DNA of 29,997 nt from Nitrospinaceae bacterium (GTDB lineage Bacteria; Nitrospinota; Nitrospinia; Nitrospinales; VA-1), in NCBI GenBank assembly GCA_046754465.1, contig JBHHVU010000039.1, forward strand, positions 1 through 29,997. The letters run 5' to 3'. The position numbers and the translations under genes are program-made. How positions within the stretch are numbered: position 1 is the stretch's first letter; every line of letters begins with the position of its first letter. Of the stretch, positions 8,016-17,553 are shown piece by piece. The notes below the pieces were generated by a model. It was given only the letters and a program-made list of their open reading frames with translations, searched no databases and had not been told where the DNA came from.

Positions 8016-8276
8016 GTGATGGAAAAACTGATCAATAAAAACGGCATGGAAATCCAAAATTCCGCAAAAGCTGTGTTTGAGGAATTGGTGCGGGGAACGG
8101 GATGTGTCATGGCGGAAAAACTGTCTATTTTCATGATGAATGAGAGCATTACGGAAAAGTTTATCGTGGTGTGCAGGGCTCCGGGCTCCCAGGGCCGGGA
8201 GGAGTTGGTGCGTTTTGCTTCGGGCCGGTTCAAGGACGCCTGGGAGCTTTTCGTCAAATGGGAAAATTCGGAATAA
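8016..8276 (+). CDS. Small hypothetical protein (86 aa)
   Basis: ORF with GAGG 7 nt upstream of a GTG (ATG follows directly), protein-like composition, and no overlap with other genes. No family recognised. Confidence 0.5.
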   Translation: MMEKLINKNGMEIQNSAKAVFEELVRGTGCVMAEKLSIFMMNESITEKFIVVCRAPGSQGREELVRFASGRFKDAWELFVKWENSE

Positions 8277-8485
8277 TCGGAATAAAATGTGCCTGGAATA
8301 TTTCAAGGGGGCTAAGGGAAAAACCCGGATTTCGCTGGATGGGCCCGCCTTGGGCTCAAGGGATTGTTGCCGCGGGTTGGGAGCACCAGATTTATTTGCT
8401 TGATCAAAGCGGCTCCGCCCTGTAATTTTGTGAAGTTTCCGTCCGTGGATCGGGAATCACATTTTATAAAAATGGAAATGGGGAT

Positions 8486-9010
8486 ATGAAAAATTGGTTC
8501 ATGGTCACCTTGGTGGGAAAGGACCAGCCCGGCATCGTGGCGAAAGTGAGTTCGACCTTGTTTCAGGGCGACTGCAATCTCGGTGAGGCATCGATGTCGC
8601 GTCTGGGCGGAAATTTCACCATCATGCTGATGGTCCATTTTAGCGGTTCGAGGGAATCCCTGGAAACAATGCTGTTCCCCTTGAGTGATTCTTTAAACCT
8701 CCGTTGTCATGTGGATTTGATTGAGGGGGAGTTGCACCATCATGTGGAGCCCAATATCCGCGTCAGCGTCCACGGGGCGGACCGGGCGGGTATCGTCGCG
8801 GAGGTGACGGGCACGTTGGCGGAGGCGGGCTTCAATATCCTGAATCTGGAATCCGATGTCGGCGGCACGGCGGACCATCCTCTTTATATCATGTATATCG
8901 AAGGGGTGGCCTTGTGCGGCATCGATGACCTGAAACATGCCATTGAAATTCTGGCGGACAAACAGGATGTGGAAATTCAAGTCTCCGAAATCGATATCCT
9001 CAGAGGTTGA
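8486..9010 (+). CDS. Tandem ACT-domain protein (GcvR-like amino-acid-binding protein)
   Basis: Two ACT repeats: VTLVGKDQPGIVAKVSSTLFQGDCNL and VSVHGADRAGIVAEVTGTLAEAGFNI. Confidence 0.82.
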   Translation: MKNWFMVTLVGKDQPGIVAKVSSTLFQGDCNLGEASMSRLGGNFTIMLMVHFSGSRESLETMLFPLSDSLNLRCHVDLIEGELHHHVEPNIRVSVHGADRAGIVAEVTGTLAEAGFNILNLESDVGGTADHPLYIMYIEGVALCGIDDLKHAIEILADKQDVEIQVSEIDILRG

Positions 9011-9015
9011 CCGGG

Positions 9016-9546
9016 ATGGCCGTTCTGGAAATTCTTGTCTATCCCGATCGGCGGTTGAAGCGGGTTTCCCAACCGGTCGGCAAATTCGATGATTCCCTGC
9101 GAAGCTTTGTGGCGGACCTGGAAGAGACCCTGCGGGCCGGGCCGGGCGGAGTCGGAATCGCCGCGCCGCAGGTGGGGCGTTTTGAACGAATCGTCATGGT
9201 GGATGTCTCGGGCAAACCCAGAATTCCCCATCATGGCCGGCTGGTTTTGATCAATCCCAAAATTACCTTCAAGGAGGGTTGGGTTGTCGGCCGGGAGGGA
9301 TGTTTGTCGGTACCCGATTATACGGGAAATGTTCACCGCTTCGAACGCATTTCTATTCAAGCGCGGGATGAAAACGGCGCCGAACAGGTGTACGATATGG
9401 AAGGATTTGAAGCCCGGGCCGTCCAGCATGAAATCGACCATTTGGATGGACTCCTGTTCCTCGACCGGCTGGTGAGTCTCAGGAATAGTCTGTTTCGGCG
9501 CAAGGTCTATAAAAAACCGGCACGGATGAATTCTTCCTCTTCCTGA
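9016..9546 (+). CDS. def: Peptide deformylase
   Basis: All three PDF motifs: GVGIAAPQVG, EGCLSV and QHEIDHLDG. The ATG at 9016 follows GAGG; an alternative TTG start lies at 9007. Confidence 0.95.
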   Translation: MAVLEILVYPDRRLKRVSQPVGKFDDSLRSFVADLEETLRAGPGGVGIAAPQVGRFERIVMVDVSGKPRIPHHGRLVLINPKITFKEGWVVGREGCLSVPDYTGNVHRFERISIQARDENGAEQVYDMEGFEARAVQHEIDHLDGLLFLDRLVSLRNSLFRRKVYKKPARMNSSSS

Positions 9547-9810
9547 CCGTGCCCCGCTATTCCGATTTTATTGTCTGGGCAAAAACTCCGTGGCGGACTT
9601 TCCACATAAAGTTTATCCAGGCGCTTTCCCTGGCCCGTCCATTCCCGGCTGTTTCCGGATCCTTGAGTATTTTCTCCGAAAAAATATTTTGGCTCGAAAG
9701 GTTGGTATCCGGAGGTTGAAATGGTTGGGAGGGGACTGGTATTTCCCCGCGGGTTCGCTTACAATGCGCCGCGTTTTTTTATCACTTTTATCGGAGGGAA
9801 AGTGAACGAA

Positions 9811-10923
9811 ATGAAACGGATGAATGGACAGGGTTCGTCATGGAACGCGGCCGTGCTTGGCTGGGGTGTTCTTTTACTTCCGTGGATGATGGCGGCCTGC
9901 TCGGGACTGGGGCCTTCCACCATCCGGGGCGATCGGGCGAATTATAATACGGCCATCCAACGTTCCAACGATCAGCAGTTGCTTCTGAATCTGGTTCGCC
10001 TGAAATACCGGGACACCCCCTTTTTCCTGGAAGTCAGCAACGTGGCGGCGCAATTCAAATTCCGCTCCAACGCCAACGCCAACGCCACGCTGCAAAACGG
10101 GGTCAAGGGCCTTTTCGGGCTGGGAGCCGGGGCCACTGTGGAGGAGAGCCCTACCGTGACTTATGCGCCGCTTTCAGGGGAGCAGTTTATCCAGAGATTC
10201 CTTTCCCAGGTTCCCCTGGAAACAGTGTTTTTGCTCTCCCATTCGGGCTGGAGTATTGAACGGATATTCCGGATATGCCTGCAACGCATGGGCGAACTCA
10301 AAAATGCCCCCAACGCTTCCGGTCCCACCCCCAACCGGGCTCCCGTGTTCATGGATTTCGTGCAAGCGGTTCGTATGTTCCGTCAACTTCAGCTCCGGGA
10401 CGCCCTGACCGTTTCCCTTGGCGCTCGCGGCAAGGTTCCCGAATTGGTGATGCGGGTGAGGGGGGAACCGGGCGAATTCCCGGAGCTCCGCGGCCTGAAC
10501 CGGTTGCTGGGGTTTCTGCCGGAGAATACCCGTTTCGTGCTCACGGTGAACCCCTCTCCGGCAAAGGGGGAGGGGTTGCGGATCGAGACCCGCTCGTTGC
10601 TGGGCATCCTGTATTTTCTATCGCACGGGGTGGAAACTCCGACGGAAGACCGGGAGCAGGGAAAGATCACCTTGACGCGGCGCTCTTCGGGAAAACTGTT
10701 TGATTGGGGCGAAGTGACCGGAGATATCCTTAAAATCCATTCCCAATCCAGCCGGCCCGGCCGGGCGGCCGTGGATGTTTTTTACCGGGACCAGTGGTTT
10801 TATATCGATGATTCCGATCTCAATTCAAAATCTACCTTTTCATTATTGGCGCAGTTGTTTTCGCTGCAGGCGGGCAAGGCCAAGGACAGGGGCCTGCTGT
10901 TGACCCTGCCGCTGGGAAATTGA
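9811..10923 (+). CDS. Hypothetical lipoprotein
   Basis: GGAGG at 9793 upstream of GTG 9802 and ATG 9811. Basic N-terminus and a hydrophobic stretch ending in a lipobox-like MAAC-SG. Long ORF; no catalytic motif recognised. Confidence 0.7.
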   Translation: MKRMNGQGSSWNAAVLGWGVLLLPWMMAACSGLGPSTIRGDRANYNTAIQRSNDQQLLLNLVRLKYRDTPFFLEVSNVAAQFKFRSNANANATLQNGVKGLFGLGAGATVEESPTVTYAPLSGEQFIQRFLSQVPLETVFLLSHSGWSIERIFRICLQRMGELKNAPNASGPTPNRAPVFMDFVQAVRMFRQLQLRDALTVSLGARGKVPELVMRVRGEPGEFPELRGLNRLLGFLPENTRFVLTVNPSPAKGEGLRIETRSLLGILYFLSHGVETPTEDREQGKITLTRRSSGKLFDWGEVTGDILKIHSQSSRPGRAAVDVFYRDQWFYIDDSDLNSKSTFSLLAQLFSLQAGKAKDRGLLLTLPLGN

Positions 10924-10980
10924 CAGGTTGGGGAATGTGACGCGCCCCGGCACCCGGTACTTTCCTGGAAACCGGGAAAG

Positions 10981-12078
10981 TCAATGCCCCGCTTTCAGGT
11001 TTCTCAGCATTTCCCGTTCTGGATTTTCCTTCAGTTGAATGGTGGAGGTGGGAAAGGCGACCTCGGCCCCTTCGTCTTCCACGATTTTCAGGATTTTGAG
11101 CAGGACATCCTGCTTGATTTCGTGGTAACGGACCCAGTGGGTCGTTTTGGTGAAGGTGTAGACGAAGAAATCCAGGGAAGAGGGGGCAAAGGTGTTGAAA
11201 TTGACGATCAGGGTTTGATGGGGGTCGATTTCGGGGTGGTTTTTCAGCATCTCTTTTATCTTCTGGATGATGGTTCCCAATTTGGACGCGTCCTCGTAAC
11301 GCAGTCCGATGGTTTCATAGATTCTCCGGTTCAACATGCGTGAGGGATTTTCCACGGAGATGGTGGTGAAGACGGAATTGGGAACATAGAGGGGCCGCTT
11401 GTCAAAGGTTCTTATCCGGGTGAGTCGCCAGCCGATGTTTTCCACGACCCCCTCTATTTCCCGGTCGGGGGAGCGTATCCAATCTCCCACCGCGAAGGGC
11501 CGGTCCAGATAGATGGTGAGTCCGCCGAAGAAATTGGCCAGCAAATCCTTGGCGGCGAAACCGACCGCGATGCCGCCGATGCCGCCAAAGGCGAGAACCC
11601 CGGAAACGCTGTATCCCAAGGTTTGAAGCGCCACCAGGGTGGCGGTGATGATCACCGAAATCCGCAGCAACTTGGAAATCGCGTCGACGGTGGTGGGATC
11701 GATTTTCTCTTTATCGGCGAGGTAGGTTTTTTCCGCGTTGCGGATAAACCGGACCAGGAACCAGGCCAAGGCGCCGATGATGAGGGTATCGCGGATGGGT
11801 TCGACCGCCTCGAAAATGACGGCCTTCGTGGCCTTTTGGATAATTTCCGCGGCAAAGGCAATACCCGCTGCCCAGATGATGATGCTGACAGGTTTTGTCA
11901 GGGACTTGATGAATATATCGTCCCACCGGTTTTTCGTTTTACGCAGCTGTTTCTGGAGATGTTTTAAAACTTTTCTTTGGATGTAATCGAGAACCAGCGA
12001 GCCGAAAATAACAATGAAGGCCTGCAGGAGATAACTATTATTCTGAGTGATCAGTTTGAATAGATTATCGAAGTTCAT
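10981..12078 (-). CDS. Small-conductance mechanosensitive channel, MscS family (YnaI-like, extra N-terminal TM helices)
   Basis: GGIGGIAVGFAAKDLLANFFGG, RPFAVGDWI, EGVVENIGWRLTRIRTFD, VPNS and AFPT. Start placed at ATG 12078; the ORF extends to 12117. Confidence 0.92.
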   Translation of the reverse strand: MNFDNLFKLITQNNSYLLQAFIVIFGSLVLDYIQRKVLKHLQKQLRKTKNRWDDIFIKSLTKPVSIIIWAAGIAFAAEIIQKATKAVIFEAVEPIRDTLIIGALAWFLVRFIRNAEKTYLADKEKIDPTTVDAISKLLRISVIITATLVALQTLGYSVSGVLAFGGIGGIAVGFAAKDLLANFFGGLTIYLDRPFAVGDWIRSPDREIEGVVENIGWRLTRIRTFDKRPLYVPNSVFTTISVENPSRMLNRRIYETIGLRYEDASKLGTIIQKIKEMLKNHPEIDPHQTLIVNFNTFAPSSLDFFVYTFTKTTHWVRYHEIKQDVLLKILKIVEDEGAEVAFPTSTIQLKENPEREMLRNLKAGH

Positions 12079-12412
12079 GGTGTTTTCAGGAGTCGGGAAT
12101 ATTCGTTTCCAAGGCATTCCAAGGGGTGCAATTTTAGCAAGACCGGTCGTAAAAATCCATGACGGTTACGGGAAAATGTTTTTGAGGATGCGGGAACGGG
12201 ATGCCGTTAAGTTTTCTGGAGTGGGGTGATACCGCCAGGCTCCAGGTCCGGGTTTTGAGGTCCGGCGGCCCAGGTTCTCAATCCGGCGGCGATGTGTTAT
12301 ATTCCCTCCCAGCCAAAGCAGCCTCACTGGAATGGGATCACCCGATTGTCCCGATAGCCCATCCCGTCCCAAGGGAAAAAATATTAAACGTTACAAGCCA
12401 TTGGATTGACGA

Positions 12413-13570
12413 ATGAGCATGGACTTGCCTTTTCACCGGGCCTGGCTCGGCGACGAAGAGATCAACGAGGTGATCGATACCTTGAAATCCGGCTGGTTGA
12501 CCACGGGACCCAAGACTCACCGATTTGAGGAGGAATTTAAAAAATACATCGGGTGCAAACACGCCCTGGGATTAAACTCGTGCACCGCTGGACTCCACCT
12601 GTCCGTCGCGGCGATGGGTTTTGACGAGGGGGATGAGGTGATCACCACCCCCATGACCTTTCCGGCCACCGCAAACGTGGTGCTGCACGAGAGGCTACGG
12701 CCGGTCTTTGTCGATATCGAACCTGGCACGCTCAATATGGATGCCGGAAAAATCGAAGAAAAAGTCACTTCCAGGACACGCGCGATTCTCCCGGTGCATT
12801 TCGCCGGCCATCCCTGTGATATGGATACCATCGAATCGGTTGCCCGGAAACATAATCTGGTGGTGATCGAGGATGCCGCCCACGCCCTGGAATCCTCCTA
12901 CAAGGGCAGAAAGATCGGTAATCTGGGGAATCTCACTTCTTTCAGTTTTTACGCCAACAAGAACATAACGACGGGCGAGGGCGGAATGCTGACCACCAAT
13001 GATGACGCCCTGGCGGACAAGATCCGTGTGATGCGGCTTCACGGCCTGAGCAAGGATGCCTGGAAACGGTTCGGCAAGACCGGGTTTTCCCAATGGGAAC
13101 TCCACCTGCCGGGATATAAATACAATATGACGGATATCAGCGCCGCCCTGGGAATCCATCAATTGCGGAAAGTGGAGAAATTCGCGCAATTTCGCAAACA
13201 ATATACGGCGTTATATGATGAGGCGTTTGGAACTATCCCAGAATTGGAAACCCTGGTAACCCGGGACTACGCCACCCCGGCGCGTCATATTTATATCGTT
13301 GCCCTGCGGCTGGAACGGCTGACGGTGGACCGTGACCGATTTCTTAATGAAATTCAGGAGCGGGGAATCGGGGTGGCCGTTCACTATGTGGCGCTGCACC
13401 TGCAACCTTATTTCCGCGAAAAATTCTCGATCCGTCCCCAGGATTTTCCCCGCGCCACGGAATATTCCAAAAGAATACTGACCCTTCCCCTTTATCCCAA
13501 AATGTCGGTCGAGGATGTGAACCGGGTGATCGATGTGGTGACCGGGCTCGCCGCGAAGTTCCGGCGCTGA
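12413..13570 (+). CDS. DegT/DnrJ/EryC1/StrS-family PLP-dependent nucleotide-sugar aminotransferase
   Basis: SGWLTTGP, NSCTAGLHL, IEDAAHA, catalytic-Lys motif SFYANKNITTGEGGM, GYKYNMTDI and LTLPLYP. Confidence 0.92.
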   Translation: MSMDLPFHRAWLGDEEINEVIDTLKSGWLTTGPKTHRFEEEFKKYIGCKHALGLNSCTAGLHLSVAAMGFDEGDEVITTPMTFPATANVVLHERLRPVFVDIEPGTLNMDAGKIEEKVTSRTRAILPVHFAGHPCDMDTIESVARKHNLVVIEDAAHALESSYKGRKIGNLGNLTSFSFYANKNITTGEGGMLTTNDDALADKIRVMRLHGLSKDAWKRFGKTGFSQWELHLPGYKYNMTDISAALGIHQLRKVEKFAQFRKQYTALYDEAFGTIPELETLVTRDYATPARHIYIVALRLERLTVDRDRFLNEIQERGIGVAVHYVALHLQPYFREKFSIRPQDFPRATEYSKRILTLPLYPKMSVEDVNRVIDVVTGLAAKFRR

Positions 13571-14388
13571 ACCGGAGAACACCCGGCCCCGAAAGCCGGG
13601 CGTGACCCCCATCCATGGATGAAACAATCCGAAAAAGTTGAGGGAAAAGTTCTCCGGCATCCCCATCCACTCGAATGGAAGATTAGCCGGAGAAAAACGC
13701 AGGAGAATTTCCCGTAGAGGGTGACCCGGTGGAAAGGGTGAATGCCTCCCCACCCGCTTCAGGAACGGCCCCCGGGAAGCCGGTTTCGGGTTGGAGAATA
13801 AAATGTGGCACGATTGTGACGTTATTTAAACAGTTCCGTAATAAACAACTCTTAGAATGTTCCGGGGATTGTGCCCAAATTACGGTGGATATCCCTGCTA
13901 AGGATAACCCTGGGTCGCGTGTGAAGGGGAAGGGGCCGCCCGGATTATTGATTTTGATTAAAAACCCGATATGAAATAAAAGGGATAAGGAAACACCGGG
14001 TCCCGGGGGAAAGGCATTGAGGAAAATTTTTTTGGGGGGGTTAGGGGTACATTTGAATCAATTTTCTTTTTAATAAAGAAGATGTCGTTTGTATAACTTT
14101 AAAAAAGATTAATTACGTACGAATTTCAACAAACAAAGAAATAGTTGGGACAATGCCTGGAGAATATGTTAATGTAATCCTCTGAATTTTGGGGGGCGGT
14201 TTTATTGATGTATGTTACTGGAAATGAAAAACCGTGACAGGCTGTTCTTATCCCTTGGATTGTGGATAAGAGGTCCGCAGCTGGATCCCTTGCGGCGTCG
14301 AACTGAGCGCCGGGAAATTGAAACCTAACGAGAGATATTTCTCTTTTTTACCAATGATTTTTATCAACTTAAGGCATGAGGGTTGACC

Positions 14389-16704
14389 ATGAATTCGGTT
14401 CGCCACCAGGACGAAGTCTATTTTAATGACTTTTGGCAAATAATAAAAAAACACAAACTTCTCGTGATCAGTTTCATGTTGATCTTCGGTGGGGTCGGCA
14501 TTTGGTATAGCTTCACGGCGACCCCGGTTTATCAGGCTGATTCCGTTATATTGATTGGAACGAAAACGCCGGACACTTTTTCCGACGATAAAAAACAGTT
14601 CCAGGAAATGGACCCGACGGCCAATCATTATTATAAAACCCAATACGCCATGCTCCAAAGCCGGTCGTTGGCCCGAAGGGTGGTCACGAGCATGGATTTG
14701 CTTTCCGAAAAGGAGTTTGAAGAAAAGCCCCCGTTGATAGACTGGGGGAAAATTAATCGCGCAATAAAATCGCTGTTAATTAATTTGGGAATATTGGAAC
14801 CGAAATCCGACCAGGGGGAAACCTCTAAAGATCCTACATCTCATATGGTCGACCAGTTTCTGAACCGACTGATCATTTCCCCCATCAGTCAAAGTCATGT
14901 CGTCAATGTGAGTTTTCAGGGATATTCGCCCGAATTGATCACAAGGATTACCAACAATTTTATCGACACGATGATCCAGAGCAACATCGAGCGGCGGTCC
15001 AAAATCCTGGGTGGATCCGAAAAATGGATGGTCGATAAATTGGGGGAGTTGAAGAAGAATATGCAGGCGGCGGAGAAAAAACTCGCACGGTTCCGAAAGA
15101 GAAACGATATCATTGATTACAAAAAAAACCGGGAGATTTCCGCGCAGAATCTTAGCCGGTATCAGGATGCGATCCGTCAGGTGAAAACGGAACAACTGCG
15201 GCTGGAAACTCTGAAGAACCTGTTAAAAAGATTGAAGAGAGATCCCATTGAAATGCTTCATTCCCTTCCCGATGATATCAAAACCCTGGATATCAAGCGG
15301 CTGATTTCGGATTATGCGGATGCCGTCAAGGAATATGAAGATATCACTAAACACTACAGTTCGAAATTTCCCCAAGTCAGCTTTCTTGAAAAAGTGGTTC
15401 GGGACAAGGAAAAACAAATCCCAATGGAGATCAATCGCCTGATCCGCTCCATAGATATTGATTTCCAGGGAACGGTGGTGCACGAAAAATCCCTTAAAGA
15501 TGCGATGCAAAATGAAAAAAAGAAGATCATGGCGTTGGATAATCAGGAATTCACCTACAATGGCTTGAAGGACGAATTTGATACGAACAAAATCCTTCAT
15601 AATGATCTGTTAGTACGTTTCAAGGAAATCGATATCGCCTCCTACAGTGACCAGAGTGCCATCCAAATCGTGGATCACGCGGAAATTCCCCAAAGCCCGG
15701 TCAAGCCACGAAAAGGATTGATTATCACCCTTTGTCTGATCCTGGGCGGGATGGGTGGAAGTTTTTTAAGTGTCTTTTTGGAAAGAACGAAAAAAAGTTT
15801 GATCACCGTCGAGGATGTGGTCCGGCAGATTCCCTTGCCGTTCCTGGGTGGGATTGGCATTATCCGTAAAAAGGAACTGCCCCTTCCCGCGACGAACCAT
15901 GTCAATTCTTTCGTCGCCGAGGAGTTCAGAACCCTAAAAACCAATTTGATGATTAATGGGTTTGTGGAACCGAACAAGACTCTTTTGATTTCCAGTTCCA
16001 CTCCCAAGGAGGGGAAAACCACGGTTGTCACCAACCTGGCGGTAACTTTTGCCCAAGATAATAAACGGGTCCTGATCATCGACGCCGATTTCGTTCGCCC
16101 CAAGATCAATGCGGTCCTGAAGATAAATAATCAACCCGGCTTGATAGATATACTGGAAAATCCCAAGATCATCGACCGCATCATCAATAACTCTTTAAAG
16201 GACAGTAGGAAGATCGACGAAGTTTTTGTCAAAACGGTTATTGAAGGGGTCTATGTTCTTCCCCGGGGTTCCTTGACCAATAAATTTTCGGATTCCATCA
16301 ATTTTGGGATATTTCAAAAACTGATGACCGCGGTGAAAAATTCTTTTGATGTCATTTTAGTGGACTCTCCCCCCGCCTTGGCTTTCTCCTATGTGTCCGT
16401 CGTCGCCCAACTCTGCGATGGGGTCCTGTTCCTTATCGGGTCGGGGATGAAGGACAAGGACTTGATCAAAAGGACCTTGAAACAGCTTTCCGCCGCGTCG
16501 TCGGATTCAAGTTTTAAGGTCAATTCCAATAAAAATCGGAACAAAGGTTTGGCCGCGGTGGTCGATCAAAAGTCCAAGGTTTTTGGCGTGGTGCTCAACA
16601 AGGTAAAATTTTACAAGGATGATTACTATGAGTATCACCGAAAATATTTCCAGGATTATTATTCCAATATGAGCCTCAAATCCAGAAAAGCCGTGTCGGC
16701 TTAG
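14389..16704 (+). CDS. wzc: Polysaccharide co-polymerase / BY-kinase (Wzc/GumC family)
   Basis: Two TM segments flank a coiled-coil periplasmic region, with a PxxPxxP motif (PQSPVKP). Walker A SSTPKEGKT, A' LIIDAD, B ILVDSPP, and a C-terminal Tyr cluster FYKDDYYEYHRKYFQDYY. Confidence 0.9.
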   Translation: MNSVRHQDEVYFNDFWQIIKKHKLLVISFMLIFGGVGIWYSFTATPVYQADSVILIGTKTPDTFSDDKKQFQEMDPTANHYYKTQYAMLQSRSLARRVVTSMDLLSEKEFEEKPPLIDWGKINRAIKSLLINLGILEPKSDQGETSKDPTSHMVDQFLNRLIISPISQSHVVNVSFQGYSPELITRITNNFIDTMIQSNIERRSKILGGSEKWMVDKLGELKKNMQAAEKKLARFRKRNDIIDYKKNREISAQNLSRYQDAIRQVKTEQLRLETLKNLLKRLKRDPIEMLHSLPDDIKTLDIKRLISDYADAVKEYEDITKHYSSKFPQVSFLEKVVRDKEKQIPMEINRLIRSIDIDFQGTVVHEKSLKDAMQNEKKKIMALDNQEFTYNGLKDEFDTNKILHNDLLVRFKEIDIASYSDQSAIQIVDHAEIPQSPVKPRKGLIITLCLILGGMGGSFLSVFLERTKKSLITVEDVVRQIPLPFLGGIGIIRKKELPLPATNHVNSFVAEEFRTLKTNLMINGFVEPNKTLLISSSTPKEGKTTVVTNLAVTFAQDNKRVLIIDADFVRPKINAVLKINNQPGLIDILENPKIIDRIINNSLKDSRKIDEVFVKTVIEGVYVLPRGSLTNKFSDSINFGIFQKLMTAVKNSFDVILVDSPPALAFSYVSVVAQLCDGVLFLIGSGMKDKDLIKRTLKQLSAASSDSSFKVNSNKNRNKGLAAVVDQKSKVFGVVLNKVKFYKDDYYEYHRKYFQDYYSNMSLKSRKAVSA

Positions 16705-17186
16705 TTAAGCTTCTTGGTCGGCTCCTTTTTTTCAGGGAGGAGTCCGCTGGATTTTTTGAGAATATTTCCGTACACCCCCCTTTTTTCCCAAGGATCATTC
16801 CTCCTATTCCCTTTTCGGACTTTCCTACATATCTTTGGCAACGGACGCGAGGAGACCTGTGGGGGGAAGAGAATTTCAAAAAAAATATTGTTTGGTTCTC
16901 ATGACAGGTCTGTTCGCATTCCAATCAATGAGGATTTGAAATGCTTTTTTTGAGGGAGGCTTCGGTGATCCAATAGCTCTCCACCCTCCCTTTGGCAAAC
17001 CGGAATGGATTTCTTGCGGATTAAAAAAAGGCCAATTTTTAGGGGGTTCGGGAAACAGGGCCCACAATTTTGGCCCATGATGGGAGATAAAACTTTCAAT
17101 TTAAGGTTAAGTTTCTTATAATTTAATATGATGAATGTTCTTTTCTTTTTGGATTACAATAAATGTAAATATATGATTTCCTTCTG

Positions 17187-17215
17187 TTGACACATTTAGG
17201 TTTCCCCTGTATATT
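17187..17215 (+). promoter_or_regulatory. Near-consensus sigma70 promoter
   Basis: TTGACA (17187-17192), 17 nt, TATATT (17210-17215), with AT-rich sequence upstream. Confidence 0.6.
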
Positions 17216-17553
17216 AGCCAAATTTTGGAAGGGCCGCATGAAATCGGCCTGCTGCGGGGCGAGGGTTGATAAGAAAAATCAGGCCAATGTTCTGGAACCG
17301 CTGTACGCCGTTGAAAAATAAAATTTTCCCCCAGGGTGAACCCGATGGGGTTAAAAAGAAATTGGGTGTAAATTTATCCTTTCCCGGTTTGCGTGGGTGG
17401 GATAGATTTTGCCATCAGGAAAAAGCGTCCTGGGTGAGAGGACCACTCCCTGCACCCGGGCCAAGTGGGACTCATCCCATGAAATGGTTGCGTTATTAAT
17501 CCTAATATTAATTCAAAGAATAGATTGTCTCGATACCGGCAGGAGGGTGATTG

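Noticed and set aside
13806..13821. TGGCACG, sigma54 -24-like element upstream of wzc
   Set aside because: The -12 position reads TGAC rather than TTGC, so the invariant GC is missing.
13948..13961. TTGAT-N4-ATTAA, FNR-like box
   Set aside because: One mismatch in an AT-rich tract, about 430 nt from the gene, with no suitably placed promoter; a chance match is likely.
14195..14206. GGCGGT, possible ops/JUMPStart element
   Set aside because: Continues TTTATT rather than AGnnTG, so it does not match ops.
16676..17499. Several 63-82 aa ORFs in the wzc-barrel spacer
   Set aside because: Non-ATG or weak starts, no RBS, homopolymer-driven composition and no motifs.
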